Assembly: GCA_001029735.1 (NCBI GenBank)
Contig: CP011213.1
Location: forward strand, 720,298-784,297
Reading direction: 5' to 3'
DNA length: 64,000 nt
Source of the DNA: Berkelbacteria bacterium GW2011_GWE1_39_12
Lineage (GTDB): Bacteria; Patescibacteriota; UBA1384; UBA12157
Shown here piece after piece: positions 17,812-26,862 of this stretch (position 1 is the first letter of the stretch; the number at the start of each line of letters is the position of its first letter). A program made the position numbers and the translations under genes. The notes under the pieces were generated by a model that was not told where the DNA came from, ran no database searches, and worked only from the letters and a program-made list of their open reading frames with translations.

Positions 17812-20640
17812 ATGGATAATAAAAACGAAATTCGAATCAGTGGTGCGAGAGCCCACAATCTAAAAAATATCAATGTCTCGATTCCTCGAGATCAATTGGT
17901 TGTTATTACTGGTCTTTCCGGCTCGGGTAAATCGACCTTGGCTTTTGATACCTTATACATGGAAGGCCAACGCCGTTATGTTGAGTCATTGTCTTCTTAT
18001 GCCAGACAGTTTTTAGGTAATTTAGAAAAACCAGACGTCGATCTGATCGAAAATCTCTCCCCGGCTATTTCTATTGATCAAAGATCAGCATCGCAAAATC
18101 CACGTTCTACGGTTGGGACTATTACTGAAATTTATGACTATTTAAGAATATTATTTGCCAGAATCGGCCATCCTCATTGTCCGACCTGTGCCAAAGAACT
18201 CGTTCGTCAGACTCCTGAAGAAATAATCCAATCAATTATGAAGGATTTCTCCCAAGTTAAAAGCAATATTTTAATCTTAGCGCCTGTTGTTAAAAAACAG
18301 GCCGGTGAGCATAAATATATATTAAACAAACTTCGTAGTGCCAAAGTTGAAAAAGTGGTTATCGACGGCATAATGATGGATTTAGTCGAAGCTTTGCTGT
18401 TAACCTTGGAAAAAAGTAAATTACACACGATTGAAGCTGTTGTTGGTCAATTCGTTTTTGATGGCAAAGAAACCGAAGAACCAGCCAAAATTGATAAAGC
18501 AATTTCAAGGGCTTTGGAAATGGGCGCAGGTAATATTGCAATCAAAGATTTAATTTCTGATGTAACTAAAAAATATTCACAGCTTTTCACTTGTACTACT
18601 TGCGGCATGGTTCTAGAGGAACTACACCCAAGAATCTTCTCTTTTAATAGTCCTTATGGCGCCTGCCCAGTTTGCCAAGGTTTAGGTATTAAATTAGAAG
18701 TTGATCCGGAATTAGTCTGGCCGAACCCAAGATTAACTTTGGCAGAAGGTGCCATTCGTCCTTGGGCCAGAATTACTTCTCGCGCTAATTGGTATACCAA
18801 ATCATTACAAGAAATTGCTGCTAAATATAAATTTTCACTCGACACTCCTGTTGGCGAGCTTCCGGCTAAAATTAAGCATCTTATTCTTTATGGTGATAAA
18901 AATACGGCCGTTCCGCCAACTGGCGGATTTGAAGGTGTCATTCCTAACTTAGAACGTCGCTACGACGAAACTGACTCTCCTTATTTAAAAAGTGAAATCG
19001 AAAAATACATGGTGGAAAAAATCTGTCCCTCCTGTAAAGGTCAAAGATTGCGTGCTGAAGTATTAAATATTACAGTTGACGACAAGAACATTGTTGATGT
19101 CACCAGTATGAACATCGGTAAACTTTTGGAATATTTCAAAGGGTTGCCTGAAAGCAAAAAATTACGTGATTTCGAAAAGCTAGTGGCCGGCCAAATTATT
19201 AAAGAAGTCAACGAGCGTTTATCATATTTGTCAGATGTCGGCTTAGGCTACTTAACCCTAGATCGCAGCGCCTCAACGCTCGCTGGCGGAGAAGCACAGC
19301 GTATTCGTTTAGCTACTCAGCTTGGCACTGGTCTTATGGGTGTGATTTATGTTTTGGACGAACCATCAATTGGTCTTCATCCGCGTGACCATGATAAATT
19401 ATTAAAAACTATTCGTATCTTGAAAGACCTTGGCAATACGGTTGTCGTTGTTGAACACGATCAACCAACTATTGAAGCCGCCGATTGGATTATTGATATG
19501 GGTCCAGGCGCGGGCGACCGCGGTGGTTATGTTACTGCCGAAGGCACTCTAGAGCAAATCAAAAAAGATCCGAATTCCTTGACGGGTCAGTATCTTTCAG
19601 GCAAAAAGAAAATCGAAGTGCCGAAAAAAAGACGACCTCAAACAGAAGAAAAACTTTCTATCAAAGGCGCTGCCGAATTTAATCTTAAAAATGTTGATGT
19701 AGAAATTCCATTGAACAACTTTGTTTGCGTCACCGGTGTTTCCGGTTCAGGAAAATCAACTCTTATTCTGGAAATTCTTTCCAAAGCCTTAACTAAACAT
19801 TTTCATCATGCCAAAGAGGATCCAGGCAAACATAAATCCATTGCCGGTTTGAAGTATTTAGATAAAGTCATTTCTGTTGATCAGTCACCAATTGGTCGCA
19901 CACCGCGATCTAATCCGGCAACTTACACTAATCTATTCACGCCAATCCGTGAGCTTTTTGCTGGCACACCAGAAGCGATTGCCAGAAAATATGATCCAGC
20001 CAAATTCTCCTTTAACTTAAAGGGTGGCAGATGTGAGACTTGTCGCGGCGATGGCGCTTTAAAAATCGAAATGCACTTTTTGCCAGACATTTATGTGACT
20101 TGTCCGGAATGTAAGGGTAAACGATATAACAAAGAAATTTTGGAAATTTTATGGAAAGATAAAACCATTTCTGACGTTTTGGAAATGTCAGTTGAAGAAG
20201 CCTTGATTTTCTTTGCTGGCGAAGCACAGATTATGGATAAACTAAAAGTCCTTGATGCTGTTGGCTTGGGCTATATGCATTTAGGTCAGCCGGCTACCAC
20301 GCTTTCAGGTGGAGAAGCGCAACGCATTAAGCTTGCCACTGAGCTCTCCCGACATGACACTGGACGTACATTATATATATTAGACGAGCCAACTACTGGT
20401 CTTCATTTTGAGGACACAAAAAGGTTATTAGCGGTCTTACAGGCACTTGTTGATAAAGGCAATACTGTTTTGGTTATAGAACATAACGTCGATGTGATGA
20501 AGTCAGCCGACTACATTATTGACATGGGTCCAGAAGGTGGCGATGAAGGTGGGCATCTAGTCGCCGCTGGTACACCGGAAGAAGTTGCCAAAGTCAAAGA
20601 AAGCTATACGGGCAAATATCTCAAAGAGGTTTTGAAATAA
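17812..20640 (+). CDS. uvrA: excinuclease ABC subunit A
   Basis: two ABC ATPase modules (GLSGSGKST, GVSGSGKST), zinc fingers, LSGGEAQR signatures; 942 aa. Confidence 0.97.
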   Translation: MDNKNEIRISGARAHNLKNINVSIPRDQLVVITGLSGSGKSTLAFDTLYMEGQRRYVESLSSYARQFLGNLEKPDVDLIENLSPAISIDQRSASQNPRSTVGTITEIYDYLRILFARIGHPHCPTCAKELVRQTPEEIIQSIMKDFSQVKSNILILAPVVKKQAGEHKYILNKLRSAKVEKVVIDGIMMDLVEALLLTLEKSKLHTIEAVVGQFVFDGKETEEPAKIDKAISRALEMGAGNIAIKDLISDVTKKYSQLFTCTTCGMVLEELHPRIFSFNSPYGACPVCQGLGIKLEVDPELVWPNPRLTLAEGAIRPWARITSRANWYTKSLQEIAAKYKFSLDTPVGELPAKIKHLILYGDKNTAVPPTGGFEGVIPNLERRYDETDSPYLKSEIEKYMVEKICPSCKGQRLRAEVLNITVDDKNIVDVTSMNIGKLLEYFKGLPESKKLRDFEKLVAGQIIKEVNERLSYLSDVGLGYLTLDRSASTLAGGEAQRIRLATQLGTGLMGVIYVLDEPSIGLHPRDHDKLLKTIRILKDLGNTVVVVEHDQPTIEAADWIIDMGPGAGDRGGYVTAEGTLEQIKKDPNSLTGQYLSGKKKIEVPKKRRPQTEEKLSIKGAAEFNLKNVDVEIPLNNFVCVTGVSGSGKSTLILEILSKALTKHFHHAKEDPGKHKSIAGLKYLDKVISVDQSPIGRTPRSNPATYTNLFTPIRELFAGTPEAIARKYDPAKFSFNLKGGRCETCRGDGALKIEMHFLPDIYVTCPECKGKRYNKEILEILWKDKTISDVLEMSVEEALIFFAGEAQIMDKLKVLDAVGLGYMHLGQPATTLSGGEAQRIKLATELSRHDTGRTLYILDEPTTGLHFEDTKRLLAVLQALVDKGNTVLVIEHNVDVMKSADYIIDMGPEGGDEGGHLVAAGTPEEVAKVKESYTGKYLKEVLK

Positions 20641-20644
20641 GATA

Positions 20645-20932
20645 TTGGAAGGGGTGATTACGATCGAGAAACCAGATGAAAGGAATTCTGATCTAACCAA
20701 TGTTGAGTTGGCAGATCTTATCGAAGATGGCTTGGAAAGACGGTTCATTATAGCAAAAGAATATGAAGTTGTAGGTGATGACGAGCCGAATTATCGATCA
20801 ATGCTCGAGCTTGCGGTGACACGGCTGCGCGATCAATCTACAACTGATCCATCACATGTGCGCAACCTTGTCAGACGAGAAACAAATGGATCGGCAAGAA
20901 CCAGAGTCGTGCGCTCAATAGAGGGTCTATGA
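20645..20932 (+). CDS. hypothetical protein (TTG start, no RBS, GC-rich)
   Basis: 95-aa ORF immediately after uvrA; atypical composition. Confidence 0.25.
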   Translation: MEGVITIEKPDERNSDLTNVELADLIEDGLERRFIIAKEYEVVGDDEPNYRSMLELAVTRLRDQSTTDPSHVRNLVRRETNGSARTRVVRSIEGL

Positions 20933-20996
20933 TATTCTAAGCGGTTTGCACAGCAGATCGCTTTTTAAAATCAGATAAGATAAAATATAAACAATT

Positions 20997-21521
20997 ATGA
21001 AACTACTTAAAACAATCTCAAATAAAGATTTTGATTTGCCTGTGGTAAAAGAAGAAGGGCGCATGCCTCGAATTCGGGAAGCTGCCCGGGCGGTTTTGAT
21101 GGATAACGATTACAAAATCGCTTTGCTTTTTGTCTCCAAAAAAGATTACCACAAACTGCCAGGTGGGGGACTGGAAGAAGACGAAAATATTTCTCAAGCA
21201 CTCGAACGAGAAATTTTGGAAGAAACTGGTTGCAAAGCAGAAGTTATGACCGAAATTGGTGAAGTCGAAGAGAATCGAGAAAATTTTTTATTAAATCAAA
21301 AGTCATATTGTTTTTCTGCAAAACTTATCGGGGAAAAAGGAGAGCCGGATTTTACAGATAGTGAAAAAGACGAGGGATTTATACTCAAATGGGTGAGTGT
21401 AGAAGAAGCGATAAAGCTAATACATGAAGATAAGCCTAGTGATTATCAAGGCCGTTTTATACAAGTTCGAGATTTAACTCTTCTTAAAGAATTTCAAAGA
21501 CAAATTGAACTCAACGGCTAA
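20997..21521 (+). CDS. NUDIX hydrolase
   Basis: Nudix box GGGLEEDENISQALEREILEETG. Confidence 0.8.
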   Translation: MKLLKTISNKDFDLPVVKEEGRMPRIREAARAVLMDNDYKIALLFVSKKDYHKLPGGGLEEDENISQALEREILEETGCKAEVMTEIGEVEENRENFLLNQKSYCFSAKLIGEKGEPDFTDSEKDEGFILKWVSVEEAIKLIHEDKPSDYQGRFIQVRDLTLLKEFQRQIELNG

Positions 21522-21626
21522 ATAAAATGGCCGCGATTTTCAGGGTGGTTGTTTTTTGGTATGAATTATTATACATTGCGGATGCCGGCATAAACCTGTC
21601 GGTGGGATCTTGCGATGTGAGGTGAA

Positions 21627-21902
21627 GTGATGGTAGTTGGGTATTTACTAAACAGCAGTTCGACAGCAGAAACGAAGGAGTTTCAGGATCACGCAATCAA
21701 TATCGTTCAGCTTGCGCCCGAGCTCGAAGGGAAAGTTTTTCATTACGGGCACGGAACAGTCCGTGGTCTTATGATCCGTGCTGAAAATTGCGCTGAGGTG
21801 CAGCGGATCGCCGAAGTGATTATGAGCACGATACCGTTTCCCAGGCGTCTCGCTGGCGACTATGGTCTCAGTTTCGAATTCAGCACCAGTAATGTATCTT
21901 GA
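21627..21902 (+). CDS. hypothetical small protein in a GC-rich segment
   Basis: GAGGTGA RBS 4 nt before the start; ~48% GC versus ~37% for the window; hairpin plus T-run after the stop (~21925-21950). Confidence 0.4.
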   Translation: MMVVGYLLNSSSTAETKEFQDHAINIVQLAPELEGKVFHYGHGTVRGLMIRAENCAEVQRIAEVIMSTIPFPRRLAGDYGLSFEFSTSNVS

Positions 21903-21999
21903 TACTGGGGAAAACCATCAACCGTGAGAAATCGCGGTTTTTTAATTTTGTCAAAAATTCCGCGCATCGTTTTTAAAGAACAATGATATAATCTAATCT

Positions 22000-22644
22000 A
22001 TGAAAGCAAAGCTAAAACTAATAAAGCGTTTGCATATTCCAAAAACTAACTATGAAGAATATTTCAAAGAACAAGGGTTTGAAGTTGTTTGTGGTGTGGA
22101 TGAAGTTGGTCGAGGGGCTTGGGCTGGACCATTAGTTGCCGGGGCCGTGATTTTAGACAAGAAGCTGTATGGTCTTAGAGACTCCAAACTACTTTCGGCC
22201 GAAGAGCGGGAGAAACTCTCGAAGAAAATAAGGAGAAACTGCACTTGGGGGATTGGCGAAGTAAGCGTTCAAGAGCTCGAAGAATTAAAGATGACTAAAG
22301 CGACGCAACTTGCTTTTAAGCGGGCGATAGAAGCGTTAGAAACACAAGTTGATTATGTTTTAATCGATGGCACTATTTCCCTAAATCCCCTACTTTACCC
22401 TGAGCGAAGTCGAATGGGCTGCCGCGCCTTAATAAAAGGGGATATGAACTGTTCTAGCATTGCCGCTGCTTCGATAATCGCCAAAGTTTATCGTGATAAT
22501 TTAATGGACGAATTAGATAGAAAACTCACAGGTTACCATTTTGCCAAGCACAAAGGTTATGGCACTAAATTGCATCAAATCGCTCTCAAAAATTTGGGTC
22601 CCAGTATTGCTCACCGAAAGTTTTTCAATCAGTTAATGGATTGA
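22000..22644 (+). CDS. rnhB: ribonuclease HII
   Basis: VVCGVDEVGRGAWAGPLVAGAVIL; extended -10 TGATATAAT upstream (21983-21991). Confidence 0.9.
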   Translation: MKAKLKLIKRLHIPKTNYEEYFKEQGFEVVCGVDEVGRGAWAGPLVAGAVILDKKLYGLRDSKLLSAEEREKLSKKIRRNCTWGIGEVSVQELEELKMTKATQLAFKRAIEALETQVDYVLIDGTISLNPLLYPERSRMGCRALIKGDMNCSSIAAASIIAKVYRDNLMDELDRKLTGYHFAKHKGYGTKLHQIALKNLGPSIAHRKFFNQLMD

Positions 22645-22676
22645 CAAAACCATAATTTTCGCGTAGAATAGAGCTG

Positions 22677-23010
22677 CCTTAAGTAATTGAGACAGTTACC
22701 CCGCACCCTTTAGGTCGGGGAGGAAAGTCCAGGCACTATAGAGCATTGTATCCCGCCAAATGGCGGGACCGGGTGACCGAGGGAAAGTACAACAGAAACA
22801 TACCGCTAACCGCCGCAAGGTAGGAGTAAGGTTGAAATCGTGAGGTAAGAGCTCACGCGTGTCCATGGTAACATGGTGCGGTGGAAACCCTACATGGTGC
22901 AAGTCCGGTGGGCCTCAACTATCATCATAGTTTGCTCGACTAGGTGGCCTGAGGTCCGGACGCTTAGATAGATGCTGTCAAAACAGAACCTGGCTTATCG
23001 ATTACTTAGG
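22677..23010 (+). ncRNA. rnpB: RNase P RNA, bacterial type A
   Basis: P4 strands GGAGGAAAGTCCAGGC and ACAGAACCTGGCTTA; GTAAGAGCTCAC and ACAGAAAC blocks; P1 pairing ccttaagtaat / attacttaggg; terminator-like T-run after. Confidence 0.85.
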
Positions 23011-23159
23011 GCTTTTTTTGTACCAAAAAAATATTATTTAGTAATTTTTCATAAAGATTACGTCGTAAATTATGTCTATTATAAATGCGAGGGCGGAATG
23101 ATTAAGCTTGTCTGAGTCAAAAGGTTTAATCATGAAGAATCTAAAATAGAAAGGGCCAA

Positions 23160-23558
23160 ATGAAGGGATTTGTAACTGATATCGAAAAGCAAACTTTGGA
23201 AAATGATAATTTTCGTAAAGTTCTTTACACATCCGAACATAATCAGTTGGTGCTGATGAGCCTTCTTCCGAAGGAAGAAATTGGCTTGGAAACACACGCT
23301 GATAATGATCAGTTCTTTCGTTTTGAAAAGGGCGAGGGGAAATGTCTAATCGACGGGAATGAATGCGAGCTAAAGGATGGTGTGGCAGTAATAGTTCCGG
23401 CTGGAGCTGAACATAATATTATCAACACCTCAGAGACCGAACCACTTAAGCTTTACACTCTTTATTCACCTCCGCATCACAAAGATGGGCTGGTAAGAAA
23501 AACTAAAGAAGAAGCGGAAGCTGATTCACCGGAATTTGACGGTGAGACGACAGAATAG
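23160..23558 (+). CDS. cupin-domain protein
   Basis: GLETHADNDQFFRFEKGEG...VIVPAGAEHNIIN cupin motifs. Confidence 0.6.
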   Translation: MKGFVTDIEKQTLENDNFRKVLYTSEHNQLVLMSLLPKEEIGLETHADNDQFFRFEKGEGKCLIDGNECELKDGVAVIVPAGAEHNIINTSETEPLKLYTLYSPPHHKDGLVRKTKEEAEADSPEFDGETTE

Positions 23559-23610
23559 CGAAAATCTCTTGTTTGTTAAGCGATATTATGTTTTACCACA
23601 CCGCTACTCC

Positions 23611-23985
23611 CTATATTAAGAGCTTCTTAATTGCCTCGATAATCAACTCTTCAGGAATAACTTCATAGCTTCTGTCATTTAGTTCGATTGTCCGACAATT
23701 AGTACTCTTGCCAGCAAGACAAGAACAGGAATGACAATGGTTTTCTGAAGTTGTCGCATTCAGAATTTCTTCTAAAGATAAATTATTAATTAAGACTGTA
23801 TTTGATTCCGGCATTCTATCTGCTTCCAATTTTGTCTCAAAATAATCAATCTGAAGATCTTTTAATTCTGGACTATTTGAAATTGTTTTTATAGCGGATT
23901 TAATATTGTCGCCAGTATTGTTACATCTTGTACAAGTTTCACCTTCTTTGTCGTAATGTAGCCATTCAATTGTAATCTTTTTCAT
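23611..23985 (-). CDS. small Cys-rich protein (CTRC ... HCHSCSC), possibly DUF2703-like metal-binding
   Basis: 124 aa; paired Cys motifs; 8-nt gap to the permease gene. Confidence 0.35.
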   Translation of the reverse strand: MKKITIEWLHYDKEGETCTRCNNTGDNIKSAIKTISNSPELKDLQIDYFETKLEADRMPESNTVLINNLSLEEILNATTSENHCHSCSCLAGKSTNCRTIELNDRSYEVIPEELIIEAIKKLLI

Positions 23986-23992
23986 ACAACTC

Positions 23993-24961
23993 CTATCTTA
24001 AAATTAAGTTAAATAAATAGCCCGTAAATATAATTCCAAGTCCTACTATAACCGCAAAGATTAAGATCAGTTTTGTTTTCATAACCTTCTTAAGAATCAT
24101 AAACTCAGGTAAGGATAATCCAGTAACAGCCATCATAAAGGCGAGTGATGTACCGATTGCCACACCTTTCTCCGTAAGTGCGCTAATTAACGGAATTACG
24201 CCAGCTGCATTGGAATATAACGGAATACCTACAAGCGTAGCCAAAGGAACCGCATACCATTTATTGCTTCCTGCGTAACGTGCTAGAAAGTCGGTTGGAA
24301 CGTAGCCGTGAATAAAAGCACCAATACCAATACCAATCAAGACAAAAGGGTAAACTTTTCTAATTATATCGAGTGTATAGGATTTGGCATACTGGACGCG
24401 ATCTTTAAGAGTTTGCTCTTTTTCATTCAACTCAGAGCTAACTTTATGTTTGTAAACAAACTCTTCAACTAAATTTTCCACCTTTAGTTTGCCGATAATT
24501 AGGCCTGAGACAATGGCGATCAAAAGACCGCTTGCTATATAGATTAGAGCGATTTTTAAGCCAAACATGCCTGCAAGCAAGACTAAAGCAACCTCGTTTA
24601 TCATCGGTGAGGCGACAAGGAAAGAGAAGGTTACTCCAAGCGGAATACCTGCTTCGACAAATCCCAGAAATAACGGAATTGCGCTGCAAGTACAGAATGG
24701 GGTTACTATACCCAGTAAAGAAGCTAGGACATTCCCGGTATACTGATGTTTTCGAGATAAGATGTTTCTTATTCGTTCTGGTGATAAATAGGTTCTTATA
24801 AAACTAACAATGAAGATGATTACTACCAATAAAATTAGAATTTTTATTGTATCAAAGATGAAAAAGTTTACCGCTTCAGCAAGAATAGTGTTGTGAGCAA
24901 TTGAAAACACACTGTAAGTTAACCAATCAGATAATAATTTTACAGGAAGCCAGATATTCAT
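23993..24961 (-). CDS. ArsP-like permease (DUF318 family)
   Basis: 8-TM protein with TPFCTCSAIPLF motif, resembling the ArsP TPFcSCS motif. Confidence 0.6.
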   Translation of the reverse strand: MNIWLPVKLLSDWLTYSVFSIAHNTILAEAVNFFIFDTIKILILLVVIIFIVSFIRTYLSPERIRNILSRKHQYTGNVLASLLGIVTPFCTCSAIPLFLGFVEAGIPLGVTFSFLVASPMINEVALVLLAGMFGLKIALIYIASGLLIAIVSGLIIGKLKVENLVEEFVYKHKVSSELNEKEQTLKDRVQYAKSYTLDIIRKVYPFVLIGIGIGAFIHGYVPTDFLARYAGSNKWYAVPLATLVGIPLYSNAAGVIPLISALTEKGVAIGTSLAFMMAVTGLSLPEFMILKKVMKTKLILIFAVIVGLGIIFTGYLFNLILR

Positions 24962-24976
24962 CTGTATATCCTTTCT

Positions 24977-25270
24977 TTAGCATTTACCGCCACAAGAGCA
25001 ACAACCACTGCTTTTAGATTCGGTATTATCAGAGTTTTCACCGCTAATCATTTCCTTGATTTTTTCAACAGTCGGTACTGTGCCAGCCGACGCAACTTTA
25101 CCTTCAATAATTAGTGCGGGACTGGACATAATACCTGCTTCAGCTATTTTCTGAATATCTGTAACATATTCGACCTCTGTATCCATATTCAATTCTTTAA
25201 CCGCCTTTAGTACTTGCTCATGAAGTTGTTTACAAGACCCGCAACCAGGTCCTAAAACTTGAATTTTCAT
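24977..25270 (-). CDS. thioredoxin-fold redox-active disulfide protein (small, MTH895-like)
   Basis: GPGCGSC active-site motif near the N-terminus, Cys-rich C-terminus (GCCSCGGKC); 4-nt overlap with arsR. Confidence 0.6.
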   Translation of the reverse strand: MKIQVLGPGCGSCKQLHEQVLKAVKELNMDTEVEYVTDIQKIAEAGIMSSPALIIEGKVASAGTVPTVEKIKEMISGENSDNTESKSSGCCSCGGKC

Positions 25271-25575
25271 TTGGTTCCTCCTAAAATCTTATTTAATAAA
25301 TTGTAATGCTCGTTTATTTCCTGATTATTGAGAGAATAATATACATTTAGTCCTTCTTTACGAGATTCAATCAAATTAAAATCCCTAAGCACTTTGAGAT
25401 GATGGGAAGCCAAGTTTTGTGGTATTTTTAATTCACTCCAGATTTCACAAACACATCTTTCCTTTTCTTTCAAAATACAAAGAATCCTAAGGCGATTCTC
25501 TTCCGAAATTGTTCTTAAGAAATCAGCTGTAAATGCAATTTCTTGGCAATAATTTTCATTTTGACAACAATCCAT
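25267..25575 (-). CDS. arsR: ArsR/SmtB-family metalloregulator
   Basis: wHTH LRILCILKEKERCVCEIWSEL with a CVC metal site. Confidence 0.75.
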   Translation of the reverse strand: MDCCQNENYCQEIAFTADFLRTISEENRLRILCILKEKERCVCEIWSELKIPQNLASHHLKVLRDFNLIESRKEGLNVYYSLNNQEINEHYNLLNKILGGTK

Positions 25576-25636
25576 AGCACCTCATTTATATCAACGCTCA
25601 TTGATATAGTAATAAATAATCATATTTTTGTCAAAT

Positions 25637-25756
25637 AAAAACAGCCTAAATCATCTTTTGGATAACTTAAACTGTAATATCGGCTTCGCCGGTTGGCTCC
25701 GCTTGCATCCGCTCAAACAAAAAACGAGCACGAAGTGCTCATCTTTTGTTTGGCTC
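25637..25756. repeat. copy 1 of a ~115-120-bp direct repeat (contains a strong hairpin CAAACAAAA aac GAGCAC gaa GTGCTC atc TTTTGTTTG and ends in ttggctc)
   Basis: near-identical to 26554-26667 apart from a 6-nt indel (gcttcg). Confidence 0.85.
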
Positions 25757-25894
25757 AACACTGTAAACAGCGTTAGAATAATTTTCCAGAATGAACAGAG
25801 TTATATTTATATTCCTGATTTGTTTAATTTATCAAATGAATATTTGTAAATAAAAAGCCCCAATACATATCAATGTAAGGGGGCATAGTTGTAT

Positions 25895-26431
25895 TTATAA
25901 AAGACAAGTTATTTGCGGAGCTCCTACGAATGCTCTTTGTCCCAACCAATCAAAAAAACCATATCCAAGGAATAATCCGTTGCCGAACCACTTTTCGTCC
26001 AAGAGACCGAGACTTACTGGTTGAGGATCACCCTCGGGATTTGCCATAAAATCGTCATTATTCTGGCCTAATGCAGTAACCCACAAAATTCCAATGCCTT
26101 CAAGCTCTTTAATAATCTCCTTATCTTGTAGTGCTACAAGCTCAACTGGCACACTGTACCCAATGTTCCTCTCGGTAAGTCGTTCGCGACTTTTGTTGCA
26201 CATTATCCCCACCGAACCTTGCCACAATATCGGCGGCCAGAGGATAGGGATATCGACACCTTCAATAATGCCGGATTTTCCAATATTCCACTTCTCTGCT
26301 GGAAAATCATAAACAAGACCCTGCTTGTTCTCACTCGATAGCCACTTAAGGTTGGGTGGCGGCTCATCATAGTTAATAGTTAGGTTGTGGACGACAACGA
26401 TACCATTTTTCAAAGTTTCAACTCTAGACAT
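25895..26431 (-). CDS. hypothetical protein bracketed by the direct repeats
   Basis: 178-aa ORF, Trp/Gly-rich, no recognisable family; slightly GC-rich. Confidence 0.4.
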   Translation of the reverse strand: MSRVETLKNGIVVVHNLTINYDEPPPNLKWLSSENKQGLVYDFPAEKWNIGKSGIIEGVDIPILWPPILWQGSVGIMCNKSRERLTERNIGYSVPVELVALQDKEIIKELEGIGILWVTALGQNNDDFMANPEGDPQPVSLGLLDEKWFGNGLFLGYGFFDWLGQRAFVGAPQITCLL

Positions 26432-26553
26432 TTTACTGCCCCCCCTACGTATAAACTCCGCAGATATTTCACGACAAGACCTAATAAAATATAGTACACT
26501 TATTTACCCAAAAGTTCAAGGTTTGTTTAGTTAAACGTAAAACTTGCAACAAA

Positions 26554-26667
26554 AAAAACAGCCTAAATCATCTTTTGGATAACTTAAACTGTAATATCGC
26601 CGGTTGGCTCCGCTTGCATCCGCTCAAACAAAAAACGAGCACGAAGTGCTCATCTTTTGTTTGGCTC
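26554..26667. repeat. copy 2 of the direct repeat; overlaps the last 6 nt of tRNA-Gln and doubles as its rho-independent terminator
   Basis: hairpin followed by a T-run on the minus strand directly after the tRNA 3' end. Confidence 0.85.
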
Positions 26668-26735
26668 CCGGGCAGGGATTCGAACCCCGACTAACAGGAC
26701 CAAAACCTGCCGTCCTGCCATTAGACGACCCGGGA
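26662..26735 (-). tRNA. tRNA-Gln (anticodon TTG), CCA encoded
   Basis: reverse complement TCCCGGGTCGTCTAATGGCAGGACGGCAGGTTTTGGTCCTGTTAGTCGGGGTTCGAATCCCTGCCCGGGAGCCA; U1-A72 and G73 as in tRNA-Gln. Confidence 0.85.
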
Positions 26736-26826
26736 ATAACTATTTACTTAATAAAATATAACATTTTTATCCCTAATTTTCAAGAGAGTTAATTTGACAA
26801 ATTATTTCATTGTTCTATGATTATAT

Positions 26827-26849
26827 TACCACTACCTAGGGTGGGGGTA
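26827..26849 (+). promoter_or_regulatory. GC-rich pseudo-palindrome TACCACTACCTAGGGTGGGGGTA between the csoR promoter and RBS (candidate CsoR operator)
   Basis: 8 of 11 mirror positions match around a central CCTAGG; preceded by TTGACA(26795-26800). Confidence 0.4.
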
Positions 26850-26862
26850 AGAAAGGAAAAGT

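Noticed and set aside
17812-20640. Multiple 60-75-aa ORFs on both strands inside uvrA (18207-18428, 18359-18541, 18654-18845, 18749-18952, 20012-20227)
   Set aside because: Nested within a gene of certain identity, with no RBS or conservation signal; six-frame noise. The same applies to ORFs nested in copA (27850-28101, 28644-28850, 28917-29348, 29240-29434), the giant proteins, priA and def-fmt.
21520-21990. tmRNA / SRP RNA / 6S RNA in the GC-rich segment
   Set aside because: No tRNA-like T-arm (GGTTCGAATCC) or CCA end for tmRNA, and no SRP domain IV motif (GGAAGCAGCCA-like). Called only as a GC-rich segment with a small ORF; an Rfam scan is needed to be sure.
22696-22902. 68-aa ORF on the minus strand
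   Set aside because: Lies entirely within the RNase P RNA gene, whose conserved P4 and GTAAGAGC blocks are unambiguous. It is an antisense artefact of the GC-rich structured RNA.
23038-23295. 85-aa minus-strand ORF overlapping the cupin gene start
   Set aside because: The cupin ORF has recognisable fold motifs, whereas this one has none and its 3' half is antisense to the cupin gene. I kept only the cupin call.
25628-25849. 73-aa ORF across direct-repeat copy 1
   Set aside because: Covers the repeated non-coding element including its terminator hairpin; no RBS; an equivalent frame is not open in copy 2.
26604-26792. 62-aa plus-strand ORF
   Set aside because: Reads through tRNA-Gln on the opposite strand; artefact.
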